64,000 bases of DNA, taken from assembly GCA_035906255.1 (NCBI GenBank), contig JAMIFM010000020.1, positions 3,917 to 67,916 on the forward strand. Direction: 5' to 3'. This document shows positions 45,533-55,148 of the stretch, piece after piece. Positions within the stretch are counted from its first letter, which is position 1, and the number at the start of each line of letters is the position of its first letter. Made by a program: the position numbers and the translations under genes. This DNA comes from Bacteroidia bacterium (GTDB lineage: Bacteria > Bacteroidota > Bacteroidia > UBA8524). A model generated the notes under the pieces. It saw nothing but the letters and a program-made list of their open reading frames with translations. It had not been told where the DNA came from and made no database searches.

Positions 45533-46807
45533 TTATTTTTTAGTACAGTAAATTAATACTGTATCTTTAACAACATTTCCAAAAAAAGTTGAACAAACGA
45601 AGTTCTTATCAAATACCGATTTATTGATATTAACTCTTTTATTAACCCATACAGTATCTAAGTTTGCAAATGTAAAATCGGTATTGTCAAGCTTAGCGTT
45701 GTGCAGCTCTGTTTTATGTATGGTTGAATAATTTAACTTAACACTATCCAAGTTAGCTTCAATCAAGTTAACATTTCTCAATGTAGAGTGGCTCAAATCG
45801 GCACCGTGTAAATTAGCTAAACGCATCGTAGAACCACTTAAGTCAATCCCATATAAATAGGCATTTGATAAATCCATATCAAATAAGTATGAATGCTTAA
45901 AATTAGATTTCTTATAAATTTCTCTCAGTGTGCTTTCATGAATTCCACTATTTACTAGCGTAATTAATAATTGTCCTCTTTCAGCACTATATTCTTTCTT
46001 TGCTAATTTACCACCCATCAAAGACTTATAAGGAATGAAACTATGACTTAATGAAACAATACGACCTATTAATTGAGAGGATAATATCCTATGTGAATCT
46101 GCTTTTAACTCGCTACTCACTTCATCAAAAATATTCCCCATTAAAAACACCAATGCACTTCTGCGTTCAGCTTCCTGCAAATAGGTTTGCTGGTCGAGGC
46201 GGTTGTTTTGTGCTTCTACTAATAGGTTTTGGTTTTGAAAAAGTAGGTTTTGTTGGGCAATCATCTTAGTTTGTTCATCCATCAAATCAGTTTGATGCTG
46301 AACCATTGTATTTTGGTTTTCAAACAACCGATTCTGCCAGTCAATCATAGATGTCTGCTTTTCTACCATTTTGTTTTGCTCACCAAACATTTGGTTTTGG
46401 AACTTCATAATATTGGTTTGACTGTCCATTAATGCAGTTTGATTTTGCGCCATACTGTTTTGCTCCCCCATTAAATCCGTTTGGTTTTTTGCTATTTTAG
46501 TTTGCTTAAATAATAGGCATACTTCAAAAATGGCAACAAGCCCTAATACAACTGCACCTAACTTTGGCCAAAAGTCTTTGGTTATTTTTACAGATTTAAT
46601 CTTATTTACTACCCCTTTAAAAAAGTTTAGGTTTTGTTCTAATGCAGATGTTAGTTGAGATTTCTTTTGTGCACTATATTTTGCTTCAAGCTCATTAAAC
46701 CTGTCCCTTAAGTTTGCTTGCTCTTTTACTAGCTTTTTCTTTTCTTCCGAGAGCTTATTGTTTGCCTTTTCAAGCTCACGCAATCGCTTTCCTCCCTCTT
46801 CAGTCAT
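45533..46807 (-). CDS. Membrane-anchored protein with a Q/N-rich heptad repeat array and a C-terminal pentapeptide-repeat domain
   Basis: N-terminal coiled coil, TM helix (LGAVVLGLVAIFEVCLLF), about 14 heptads of Q(T/N)x(L/M)(M/F/V)xx, then pentapeptide repeats (...IDLSGSTMRLANLHGADLSHSTLRNVNLIEANLDSVKLNYSTIHKTELHNAKLDNTDFTFANL). Confidence 0.65.
   Translation of the reverse strand: MTEEGGKRLRELEKANNKLSEEKKKLVKEQANLRDRFNELEAKYSAQKKSQLTSALEQNLNFFKGVVNKIKSVKITKDFWPKLGAVVLGLVAIFEVCLLFKQTKIAKNQTDLMGEQNSMAQNQTALMDSQTNIMKFQNQMFGEQNKMVEKQTSMIDWQNRLFENQNTMVQHQTDLMDEQTKMIAQQNLLFQNQNLLVEAQNNRLDQQTYLQEAERRSALVFLMGNIFDEVSSELKADSHRILSSQLIGRIVSLSHSFIPYKSLMGGKLAKKEYSAERGQLLITLVNSGIHESTLREIYKKSNFKHSYLFDMDLSNAYLYGIDLSGSTMRLANLHGADLSHSTLRNVNLIEANLDSVKLNYSTIHKTELHNAKLDNTDFTFANLDTVWVNKRVNINKSVFDKNFVCSTFFGNVVKDTVLIYCTKK
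46225..46525. repeat. Intragenic 21-bp-period tandem repeat encoding the Q/N heptad array
   Basis: Reiterated caaac.g...ttgatgga / ttggtttt units inside the 45533-46807 ORF. Confidence 0.6.
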
Positions 46808-46965
46808 TCGATAGCTTATTAATTATGTGTAAAAATAATTAATTACGCGTAACTATGCTGCAATTTCTTTTGACACCCTCTCCCGCTCTCCCTTAACAAA
46901 GGGAGAGAGACCTGAACCAGCTTTCTAACATGATAACGAGAGTTTGCGCGATGGCCTTACCCATA

Positions 46966-46988
46966 TCAAGGGGGAACACAAGGGGGTG
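46966..46988 (+). repeat. Left copy of a ~22-bp direct repeat bounding the DUF559 islet
   Basis: tcaagggggaacacaagggggtg, immediately 3' of the DUF559 stop. The partner copy at 47746-47771 reads tcaagatggggaacacaaggggtatg. Confidence 0.6.
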
Positions 46989-47378
46989 TCAGACGGTATT
47001 TGACATAGCCTTTTTAGCTTCAAATTCTTCAATAAATTGTGCTAACTCAGACAACACATTATTTATATCCCTATAAATTCTTTTATCAGGAAACCGCAGT
47101 ATTGTTAACCCCAATTCATTGGCAAAAACATCTTTGGCATTGTCGTTTTCAATCACTTCTTCAAAAGTATGGGTGTAGCTATCCAGCTCAATCACTACTT
47201 GCAAATCGTGGCAATAAAAATCATATATAAAGTTTCCGATTGGTTTTTGACGATGAAAATCATATCCACCCAGTTTGCCCCCTTTTAAATATTTCCATAA
47301 AATTTTCTCTGATTTTGTAGGGTTATTCCTCAGTTGTCTGGCAAATTCAGTAAGGTGGTGATTATACTTTATTTTCAT
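46989..47378 (-). CDS. DUF559-family endonuclease-like protein (Vsr/restriction-endonuclease-like fold)
   Basis: 129 aa. FARQLRNNPTKSEKILWKYLKGGKLGGYDFHRQKPIGNFIYDFYCHDLQVVIELDSYTH matches the DUF559 core (conserved D...E..D/H cluster). Confidence 0.7.
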   Translation of the reverse strand: MKIKYNHHLTEFARQLRNNPTKSEKILWKYLKGGKLGGYDFHRQKPIGNFIYDFYCHDLQVVIELDSYTHTFEEVIENDNAKDVFANELGLTILRFPDKRIYRDINNVLSELAQFIEEFEAKKAMSNTV

Positions 47379-47745
47379 GGCTGAGTTAATACGTTGAGTT
47401 ATTAGAAAAGTAAACTTTTTAGACAGCCTCTCCCGCCCTCACTTAAAAGGGATAGCGTCTATCCGCCAGACTATCATTTAGAAAGGTGATGCCTGTTTGT
47501 GTTGGACTCTTTGGCAAGTTCAGGATAGTTACCACACTTACCCTGTCATGCTGAACGATAGTGAAGCACCTTATCCCGTTTTGTTAACACAATTGCAATA
47601 AGGTTCTTCCCCGCGGTCAGAATGACAAATATTGATTTTGTTATTCATTACCAACAATCACAAGACTATAAAGGCATTGCAAGCAGGCTTCCCATTTTGT
47701 ACGGATAGAAACGATTGTGCAAGTCTTCCTTATCTTTCGGCAGGC

Positions 47746-47771
47746 TCAAGATGGGGAACACAAGGGGTATG
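47746..47771 (+). repeat. Right copy of the direct repeat bounding the DUF559 islet
   Basis: See 46966-46988. The two copies are about 780 bp apart and flank the DUF559 gene plus about 370 bp of repeat-rich non-coding DNA. Confidence 0.6.
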
Positions 47772-47809
47772 AAAGCAACTAAACAAAAAACAGTAGCTTT
47801 GCGCCCTGA

Positions 47810-48352
47810 ATGAAATTGAATTACAAACCCGAGAAAGGTTTATTGTGGCAAGCCCCTGTGGTGTTGATAGGCTTGGCAGCAGGCGCAAAAATGAAGGTGG
47901 ATGTGGGTGCTGTACCCTTAACATTGCAATCGCTGATACTGTGTTTTACCTGCTTGTATTTTAGCCGTCAGGCTAATTTGTTGGGTACGTTTTTATATAT
48001 GCTGGCGGGTATGTATTTACCTGTTTTTAGCGGTGAAATTTTTGGTAAAGAGTTTTACTTTGGCCGTACTGCGGGCTATATATACGGGTTCCCGTTTGCT
48101 GTGATTTTACTAACTGCGGCACGCCAATATTTTAAAGACTGGTTTGGGGTATTTGCATGGGTGCTGATGGCTCACGCTGTGATTATGATTTTTGGGGTGG
48201 CATGGGGTATTTTGTACTACAAAATGGATATTGATTTTGCCCTTAACAACGGCTTCTTTAATCTGTTGCCGGGTGCAATTGCCAAATCGGTGATAGTGTC
48301 GCTGGTATATTGGCTCACCCGAAAATACTTGAAGACTGAGCAAGCTGTTTAA
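47810..48352 (+). CDS. bioY: Biotin transporter BioY (ECF-type S component)
   Basis: 180 aa, 5-6 TM segments, BioY motif VPLTLQSL. Confidence 0.85.
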   Translation: MKLNYKPEKGLLWQAPVVLIGLAAGAKMKVDVGAVPLTLQSLILCFTCLYFSRQANLLGTFLYMLAGMYLPVFSGEIFGKEFYFGRTAGYIYGFPFAVILLTAARQYFKDWFGVFAWVLMAHAVIMIFGVAWGILYYKMDIDFALNNGFFNLLPGAIAKSVIVSLVYWLTRKYLKTEQAV

Positions 48353-48365
48353 GAAACAAGCGTAT

Positions 48366-48410
48366 AAAAACGAAGCCCGACTTTTTAGAAAGTCGGGCTT
48401 CATTTTTTAT
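48366..48410. terminator. Bidirectional rho-independent terminator between bioY (+) and obg (-)
   Basis: aaaaacgaagcccgac-tttttagaa-agtcgggcttcattttttat. Confidence 0.85.
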
Positions 48411-48424
48411 AACTGAATTTAAGA

Positions 48425-49417
48425 TTAATCATTCAACTCACGCCAAATAATATCTTTTAATTCCTGAATGTTTTTTCCTGTAACCGATGATATAAAAATC
48501 GTTTGAACATCTTTAGGAAGTTCTTTTTTCATTTCTTCCATCAGCTCATCGTCCAACATATCGGTTTTGGTAATGGCCAGCAAACGTTTTTTGTGTAACA
48601 ATTCGGTATTAAACTGCTCCAATTCGTTGTTCAAAATGGCGTATTCTGCTTTTATATCCTTGCTATCGGCAGGAATCATAAACAACAACAAGGCATTACG
48701 CTCGATATGACGTAAGAAACGATGTCCCAATCCACGACCTTCGTGCGCACCCTCGATAATACCGGGTATGTCGGCCATTACAAACGATTTGTAATCACGA
48801 TATTTTACTATACCCAAATTAGGAACAAGGGTAGTAAAAGGATAATCGGCAATTTCAGGTTTTGCAGCCGTTACAACCGACAACAAGGTTGATTTACCCG
48901 CATTGGGAAAACCTACCAAACCTACATCGGCCAACACTTTCAACTCCAATATCCGCCACTTTTCATCGCCGGGTTCACCGGGTTGGGCATAGCGAGGGGT
49001 TTGATTGGTTGGACTCTTGTAATGATGATTACCTTGTCCGCCCCTACCGCCTTTCAGCAATACTTCGGTTTGGCCGTGCTCGGTTATTTCAAACAGTACC
49101 TCACCCGTTTCTTCGTCTTTAGCAACAGTACCCAAGGGTACTTCCAAAATCTCGTCTTTACCGCTTGCACCTGTTTTTAAGCCGCTACCACCCGGTTGCC
49201 CTACTTCGGCAATTATGTGTTTACGGTATTTTAAATGCAGCAGCGTCCATAGCTGGTCGTTGCCTTGCACAATAATATGCCCGCCACGTCCGCCGTCACC
49301 GCCGTCAGGCCCGCCCTTAGCAGTAAGTTTATCACGGTGCAAGTGTGTACTACCTTGCCCGCCCTTACCACTACGGCAGCATATTTTAACGTAATCTATA
49401 AAGTTACTATCAGCCAT
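48425..49417 (-). CDS. obg: GTPase Obg/CgtA
   Basis: 330 aa. Obg-fold Gly-rich N-domain (GGDGGRGG...GGRGGQGN) and G-domain ([11 protein letters not shown]). Confidence 0.95.
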   Translation of the reverse strand: MADSNFIDYVKICCRSGKGGQGSTHLHRDKLTAKGGPDGGDGGRGGHIIVQGNDQLWTLLHLKYRKHIIAEVGQPGGSGLKTGASGKDEILEVPLGTVAKDEETGEVLFEITEHGQTEVLLKGGRGGQGNHHYKSPTNQTPRYAQPGEPGDEKWRILELKVLADVGLVGFPNAGKSTLLSVVTAAKPEIADYPFTTLVPNLGIVKYRDYKSFVMADIPGIIEGAHEGRGLGHRFLRHIERNALLLFMIPADSKDIKAEYAILNNELEQFNTELLHKKRLLAITKTDMLDDELMEEMKKELPKDVQTIFISSVTGKNIQELKDIIWRELND

Positions 49418-49998
49418 TAATTTGCTTTTGCAGCATCAATATGTGTGCATATCACACCAAAAATATCATCAACTCCACCTACACCATTCAACTCAACATA
49501 TTTGCTTTGTGCTTGGTAATGATTAGCCACAGGCAAGGTTTGCTCGTTGTAAATATTAATGCGGTTTTGTATTACCTCAGGGTTTTGGTCGTCAGGGCGG
49601 CCACTGTCTTTACCCCTTAGCAACAAACGGGTTTTCAATTCGTCGTTTGGTACTTCTAAGGCCAACATACAAGTAATACCCAATCCCTTAGCCTCTAACA
49701 AATTATCTAATGCTTCGGCTTGTGCAACAGTACGAGGAAACCCATCAAAAATAAAGCCTTTGGCTTCAGGGTTAGCATCTAACTTGTTGCTTATCATACC
49801 TATCACAATCTCATCTGAAACCAAAATGCCTTTGTCCATCAGCTTTTTGGCCTCTAATCCTAATTCTGTACCTGCGGCAATCTCTGCACGCAATAAATCG
49901 CCGGTAGATAATTGTATCACCCCATATTTCTCAACCAGTTTGGCCGATTGGGTACCCTTGCCCGAGCCGGGAGGGCCGAAAAGAACTATATTGAGCAT
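49417..49998 (-). CDS. adk: Adenylate kinase
   Basis: 193 aa. P-loop [10 protein letters not shown]. Short form lacking the zinc lid. Confidence 0.95.
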   Translation of the reverse strand: MLNIVLFGPPGSGKGTQSAKLVEKYGVIQLSTGDLLRAEIAAGTELGLEAKKLMDKGILVSDEIVIGMISNKLDANPEAKGFIFDGFPRTVAQAEALDNLLEAKGLGITCMLALEVPNDELKTRLLLRGKDSGRPDDQNPEVIQNRINIYNEQTLPVANHYQAQSKYVELNGVGGVDDIFGVICTHIDAAKAN

Positions 49999-50117
49999 CA
50001 GTGTTCTAAAATTTTTTGTTTAGGGGTGCGAAGATAGGGATTTATTGATTGAATGATTACGGATTAAAACACAGGTGTTGCTATAGGCCAAAATCGCTTT
50101 AACTGACAGGCCATCGG

Positions 50118-50654
50118 CTAATTATCAGCCAACACGTATATGCAATCCAAATTACGACCCAAGCCGTTGTAATCCATCCCATAGCCTACCACAAAACGAT
50201 TTTGTATTTCGATGCCTTTAAAATCTATGGCAAGGGATACTTGCAAAGCATCGGGCTTGGTGAGCAATGCAGCCACTTTAATACTTGCAGGATTGTGTTT
50301 AGCTAATTCAGGGAGTAAATAACTTACGGTAAGCCCCGTATCAATAATATCTTCTACTATAATCACGTCTTTGCCTGCTATATCAATATCTAAACCCAAT
50401 AAAGAAGCTACTTTCCCTGTACTTTGGGTATTGTGGTATGACTTGTATTTAATAAACGAAAAATGCGCCTTTACGGTAAGGTGCTTTGCCAAATCAGCCG
50501 CTAACATAAATGCCCCATCGAGTACGGGTAACAGTATTGGTGATTTACCTGCATAAAGGGTATTTATTTCTCCTGCCATGCGAATAACGGCCTGCTGCAC
50601 ATCATTGGCAGGAATAAAAGGAACGAAGGTTTTATCGTGCAGTTGTATGCTCAC
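50118..50654 (-). CDS. hpt: Hypoxanthine phosphoribosyltransferase
   Basis: 178 aa. PRPP-binding motif VIIVEDIIDTGLT. Confidence 0.9.
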   Translation of the reverse strand: MSIQLHDKTFVPFIPANDVQQAVIRMAGEINTLYAGKSPILLPVLDGAFMLAADLAKHLTVKAHFSFIKYKSYHNTQSTGKVASLLGLDIDIAGKDVIIVEDIIDTGLTVSYLLPELAKHNPASIKVAALLTKPDALQVSLAIDFKGIEIQNRFVVGYGMDYNGLGRNLDCIYVLADN

Positions 50655-50687
50655 AAGTGCAAAGAAAATGTTTTATGCTAAACTTTT

Positions 50688-50750
50688 GCGATGGGTTTGA
50701 AACCCATCGCTATTAAATTGTATGAGCGGGTGAGTTTAAAACCCACCCGC
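50688..50750. terminator. Two tandem related hairpins downstream of the efflux operon and upstream of hpt
   Basis: gcgatgggtt-tga-aacccatcgc (50688-50710) and gcgggtg-agtttaaaaccc-cacccgc (50726-50750). Confidence 0.5.
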
Positions 50751-50802
50751 CCATATAGTTTGCAAGAGCAGGATTTTGATATCCTGTCAAAACTCTATCA
50801 TA

Positions 50803-52254
50803 CTATTGCACCAATATCTTATTACCTGTTTCAAAATCAAAAAGGGTAAGGCGGCGAAGCTGGTAATACGATACCCAAAAGTTTTGCAGGTTGCGTATGT
50901 AGCCTATCAACGCTTGGTCTTTCTCATTTTGGGCAATGGTTAGGTTGGTAAGGTCAATTTTACCCAACACAAACCGTTTGGTGCTGATATCGTACCGTTG
51001 GCGGGCAATGGTATCCGATTTTGCGGAAATGGCCAGTATTTGCTTCAATTGGTTAAACTGCAACACGTTATTCATTATATCCAATTCAAGGTTGTTACGG
51101 TTGTTCTCAATTTGCGCCATACGGCTTTCTTTATCGTTTTTAGCTACCATGTAAGCGGCTTTGTTACGGCCAAAATTGAGTATCGGCATCGAAAAACCAA
51201 CGGTTAACCGTTGTGCATCCTGTAAATTATTATATGCGCCGTTAAATTCAGGAGATGTATTTGTCAACCCGAAACTCATCGTCAAATCACCATTAAATCG
51301 GCGGTTTGCCATCGACCTCCGTACATTTAAATCAGCATCCACCTCCTGCATTTTAAAACCTACATAATTGCTTCGGTTTTCTCTTGCCTCAGTCAATGCC
51401 TTATCTAAACTCACGGTATATAAGGGCAGGCTCTCTTCGTATTCCACATCCACCCGTTGGTTATCGGGCACACCCAACAGGTTTTTCAAACGTTTTTCGG
51501 TAGTTAATATTTGTATCTGTATTTGGTCGCGCATATTTTGGGCATTCATCAAACTCAGCTCGGCTTGCAATTTTTCGTTTTCGGCAATTTTACCTACGCT
51601 GTATCGGCCTTCGGCAATGCGGTAAAAAGTATCATTCATGGCTACGTTATACTCAGCATTTATCATTTGCTTACGCACAATGTAGTAATCAAAAAAGGCT
51701 GTGGTGATTGATATTGATAAATCCTCTAACGATTCAGTGGCTTGTTTTTTGGCAAACTCGTATTGTAGTTTTGCTTGTTTCCAATCCCAACGCAGATTGT
51801 TTACTCTGAACAACGGCTGCGTAATACCCACCTGCAAAGGCGATGCCTGCCATGTGGTAGTGGGACTGTTGCCCAACAAATCAATACGAGAAAGGTCTGA
51901 CGACATAAAAATACTACCGCCCGTAGGGGTTATGTTTTGCGACAACATCATTGAAAGTGACGAACTGGCAAGGCGTTGCTCACGGAAACTTATATCGCCG
52001 TTGGGCTGCTGTATTTGCGATATGCTGCGCACAAAACCCGGCACATTGCCTTGCAACGAAAGGCTGGGCAACAGCGCAGAACGCGAAGCTATATAATTCC
52101 ATTCGGCACTGCTGTATGCGGCCTTTATGCTGCGCGCACTGGGGCTATGTTCGTGTCCGTATGTAATAGCCTGTTTAAGGTTAAACTTCATTTGGCCGAA
52201 AAGCGGCATTATGGCTACTGAAATAAGTAGCAGTAAACTGTATTTTTTATTCAT
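50803..52254 (-). CDS. tolC: TolC-family outer-membrane efflux protein
   Basis: 483 aa. Signal peptide and two OEP repeats with coiled-coil segments. Its start overlaps the stop of the upstream permease gene by 8 bp. Confidence 0.85.
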   Translation of the reverse strand: MNKKYSLLLLISVAIMPLFGQMKFNLKQAITYGHEHSPSARSIKAAYSSAEWNYIASRSALLPSLSLQGNVPGFVRSISQIQQPNGDISFREQRLASSSLSMMLSQNITPTGGSIFMSSDLSRIDLLGNSPTTTWQASPLQVGITQPLFRVNNLRWDWKQAKLQYEFAKKQATESLEDLSISITTAFFDYYIVRKQMINAEYNVAMNDTFYRIAEGRYSVGKIAENEKLQAELSLMNAQNMRDQIQIQILTTEKRLKNLLGVPDNQRVDVEYEESLPLYTVSLDKALTEARENRSNYVGFKMQEVDADLNVRRSMANRRFNGDLTMSFGLTNTSPEFNGAYNNLQDAQRLTVGFSMPILNFGRNKAAYMVAKNDKESRMAQIENNRNNLELDIMNNVLQFNQLKQILAISAKSDTIARQRYDISTKRFVLGKIDLTNLTIAQNEKDQALIGYIRNLQNFWVSYYQLRRLTLFDFETGNKILVQ

Positions 52255-53599
52255 GCCTTAATGATTCTACGGGGTCTTGACGGGCGGCTCTGCGGGCGGG
52301 TACTATACCCGAAACCAACCCCACTACAATAGATATGGTAAATGATAATATGATTGAAAAGGGAGTGATGATGGTTTTGGTTTCCATACTCGAGTCGATA
52401 AGGTAACAAAACGCTACCCCAAGCAATACGCCAATAATACCACCTGAAATACTTATTACTACTGCCTCACTGATAAACTGCATCGAAATATCAGTACGGG
52501 TAGCCCCCAGTGATTGCCGCAAACCAATTTCCTTTATACGCTCCATTACGCTGGCAAGCATAATATTCATAATACCTATACCGCCTACAATAAGAGATAT
52601 GCTTGCAATAAAGGCCAGCATATTATTAAACTGCCGTTTGTTTTTTTGTTGCTGTTTTAGCAACAGTTCGGGTATCTGTACCTCAAAATCTTCTACCAGA
52701 TTGTGACGGCGCATCAGCAGTTTTTTCACTACTTCTGATACCTCTTTCATCATCTCGGTATTTTTCACCTTTATCACCAGCTTATCAATTTGGTGATAAT
52801 TTTCAGGCTTTTTCTCTCCGTCGTCTTCATCCCACATATTACGACGCATATCGCCGGGGGTTATTTTTGCGCGGTTTTTAAACCGCACCAACATAGTAGT
52901 AACAGGCACATATACTTCTTCGTTGGCATTACGTACCGAGTACGATGAAATGGTTTGGTCTGACACGTTTTTCTCTCCCAACACACCTACCACCTTTAAC
53001 CAAACATCCCCACATTTTATTTGCTGTCCCACAGGTTCAACATCAGTAAACAGTTTTGCCCGCAACGATTTACCAATAATACATACGGGCTGTGCTAAAC
53101 TGAAATTAACATCCGAAAACAGTTGGCCGTCGCCAATGGTTAGCACGGCCACATCAAAAAAGTTATTATTTACCCCTATTACCTTGCCTTGGTATCTTTT
53201 ACCACCGCGCATCACAGGGGTTTCTACTTCAATTTCGGGGCTATAAAACTCAACGTACTCACCCAACGTTTGCGCAATGTTTTCCCCGTCGGCAAGGGTA
53301 AGTCCGGGGGTAAACCTTTTTACTTTCTCATCCCCTTCATTGGTATTGCTTTGTTCTTTTTCTTCTTTACTTTTCGATTTTTCTTCTTTCCAAAGAGCAT
53401 TGATGGTAATGTTGTTTGAACCTACTTGCTTTAACTGCTCGGCAATTTCTTTTTCAGTGCCTTTGCCTATGGCAAGCATGGCTATTACTGCCGCCACACC
53501 GAAAATAATACCCAACGAGGTAAGCAATGCTCTGAACCGGTTATACCCGATGGCATCAATCCCTATTTGAAAGTTAAATAACAGGCGTTTTAAATCCAT
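52247..53599 (-). CDS. MacB-like ABC transporter permease (periplasmic MacB_PCD plus FtsX domain; no ATPase domain)
   Basis: 450 aa. N-terminal TM (LGIIFGVAAVIAMLAIG), a large periplasmic domain and C-terminal FtsX 3-TM bundle (FIASISLIVGGIGIMNIMLASV...). Confidence 0.85.
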   Translation of the reverse strand: MDLKRLLFNFQIGIDAIGYNRFRALLTSLGIIFGVAAVIAMLAIGKGTEKEIAEQLKQVGSNNITINALWKEEKSKSKEEKEQSNTNEGDEKVKRFTPGLTLADGENIAQTLGEYVEFYSPEIEVETPVMRGGKRYQGKVIGVNNNFFDVAVLTIGDGQLFSDVNFSLAQPVCIIGKSLRAKLFTDVEPVGQQIKCGDVWLKVVGVLGEKNVSDQTISSYSVRNANEEVYVPVTTMLVRFKNRAKITPGDMRRNMWDEDDGEKKPENYHQIDKLVIKVKNTEMMKEVSEVVKKLLMRRHNLVEDFEVQIPELLLKQQQKNKRQFNNMLAFIASISLIVGGIGIMNIMLASVMERIKEIGLRQSLGATRTDISMQFISEAVVISISGGIIGVLLGVAFCYLIDSSMETKTIITPFSIILSFTISIVVGLVSGIVPARRAARQDPVESLRHE

Positions 53600-53616
53600 A
53601 TCCCTAACAACCTGTA

Positions 53617-54972
53617 TTAGTCCTCAATAATAATAAAATCACCTCCGCCGGCACCCCTTTGCCCCGTTGGTGAAGTATCTTTTTTAGCAGTGTCGGCGGG
53701 ATTTACTTTCACCCTTGTAAGACTATCGTGCAGCAATACCCACTTCATACTGGCAGTATCGGCCATGTCTTTCAAATACACTGTTTGTCCTTCTTCAAGT
53801 CCGTATTTCACATAGGCATCTTTGCTGTTGGTGGCTTCAACAACTACTTGCTGGCGTACCACACCTGAGCCGTCTTTTTTAAACACAAACGATTTATTAC
53901 CTGATACGTTCACCGCCTCAACAGGAACGGTTAACACATTATCAAACGCATTGAAAAGTATGTTGCAACTGGTTGTCATTGAAGGGCGCAGAGTACTGTC
54001 TTTTGATAATACATCTATCACTACTTCAAATACTTTACTGTTTTGGTTAGGGCGTTGCTCACCAATGCTGGCAACTGCTTTCACCTTACCTTCCAGTTTC
54101 TTCGATGGGTCTGCATCCAGCCCTATCTCTACCTTTTGCCCTGTTTTTACCTTTTGTATATCTACCTCGTTCACATACGACACTACCTCCATTTCCCTTA
54201 AATCGGGCAGGTTGGCTACCTCGGGGTCCCACACGTTTATTGTACTGCCCACTACCCTTTTGCGGCCGTTCCATTCTTTAGCATAAATAATCATACCGCC
54301 TTTAGGGGCATTCACCGTAAGTTCTGAAAGCAGGTCTTGAAATACTTTCAATTTATTTTGGGCTTTGGTAAGGTCTGATGACACGATGCTCATTTTTGCC
54401 TTTGCCTGTGCCACTTTGTTTTTATAAGTATCTTTTTTTTGATTCAATGCCCGCTCAGCCTTTTCGTATGATATTTGCACTTGCTGTTTAATAGCAGGAG
54501 CTTCGTATTCTGATTGTTCAAGCTCCAGTTTCTTTTGCTTCAACTCGTAATCATAATTCACCAGTTCGTCACGGGCTTCGCGCAACGATATGGCAGTATC
54601 TAACTGGGTTTGGTTATACTCCGATTCTTTTTTCTGTACATTCAGCAATTCCTCGTTCAGCTTGCTCATTACCTCCGTTCTATCCAACGAGGCCACATAA
54701 TCTCCCGGTTGTACCACAGAGCCTTCGGCAATTATATCGTTAATCTTTATCTGGTATATACCCGCGTTGCGCAAGCCTATCGGGGCTGTAATATCGGTTT
54801 GGGTTTTGGCGCGTAATTCACCTGTTACGGTTATCACTACATCAAAACGACCTTTGGTTACTTTGGCTGTAACATCGGCACTGGGGCCGTCGCTACCTGA
54901 AAAAAACAGCCACCAAACCAGTAGTGCGGCCAACAAAGCAATGCCAATATAAAGTACAGTTTTTTTGTTCAT
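53617..54972 (-). CDS. HlyD-family periplasmic adaptor (membrane fusion protein)
   Basis: Start set at MNKKTVLYIGIALLAALLVWWLFF (54972). Biotinyl/lipoyl-like hairpin, a long coiled coil and a beta-barrel domain. Confidence 0.85.
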   Translation of the reverse strand: MNKKTVLYIGIALLAALLVWWLFFSGSDGPSADVTAKVTKGRFDVVITVTGELRAKTQTDITAPIGLRNAGIYQIKINDIIAEGSVVQPGDYVASLDRTEVMSKLNEELLNVQKKESEYNQTQLDTAISLREARDELVNYDYELKQKKLELEQSEYEAPAIKQQVQISYEKAERALNQKKDTYKNKVAQAKAKMSIVSSDLTKAQNKLKVFQDLLSELTVNAPKGGMIIYAKEWNGRKRVVGSTINVWDPEVANLPDLREMEVVSYVNEVDIQKVKTGQKVEIGLDADPSKKLEGKVKAVASIGEQRPNQNSKVFEVVIDVLSKDSTLRPSMTTSCNILFNAFDNVLTVPVEAVNVSGNKSFVFKKDGSGVVRQQVVVEATNSKDAYVKYGLEEGQTVYLKDMADTASMKWVLLHDSLTRVKVNPADTAKKDTSPTGQRGAGGGDFIIIED

Positions 54973-55148
54973 AGTTTCCCAAAATTCATCAAAACAACGA
55001 ATATATAGAAAGCAAAGTATAGCGATGAGTAATTTAGACAAATTATTAGCAAGCAAGGCACCAAATCGGTGTTTATTTAATTATCTGCCTGCATAAAAAC
55101 AAAAACCCGCCACAATGGGCGGGTTTTAAAAGAAAAAGCGAAAAGGTA

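Noticed and set aside
52247-53599. Calling the FtsX-domain gene a complete MacB
   Set aside because: The protein has no Walker A/B or ABC signature, so it is only the permease half. It is annotated accordingly rather than as a fused ATPase-permease.
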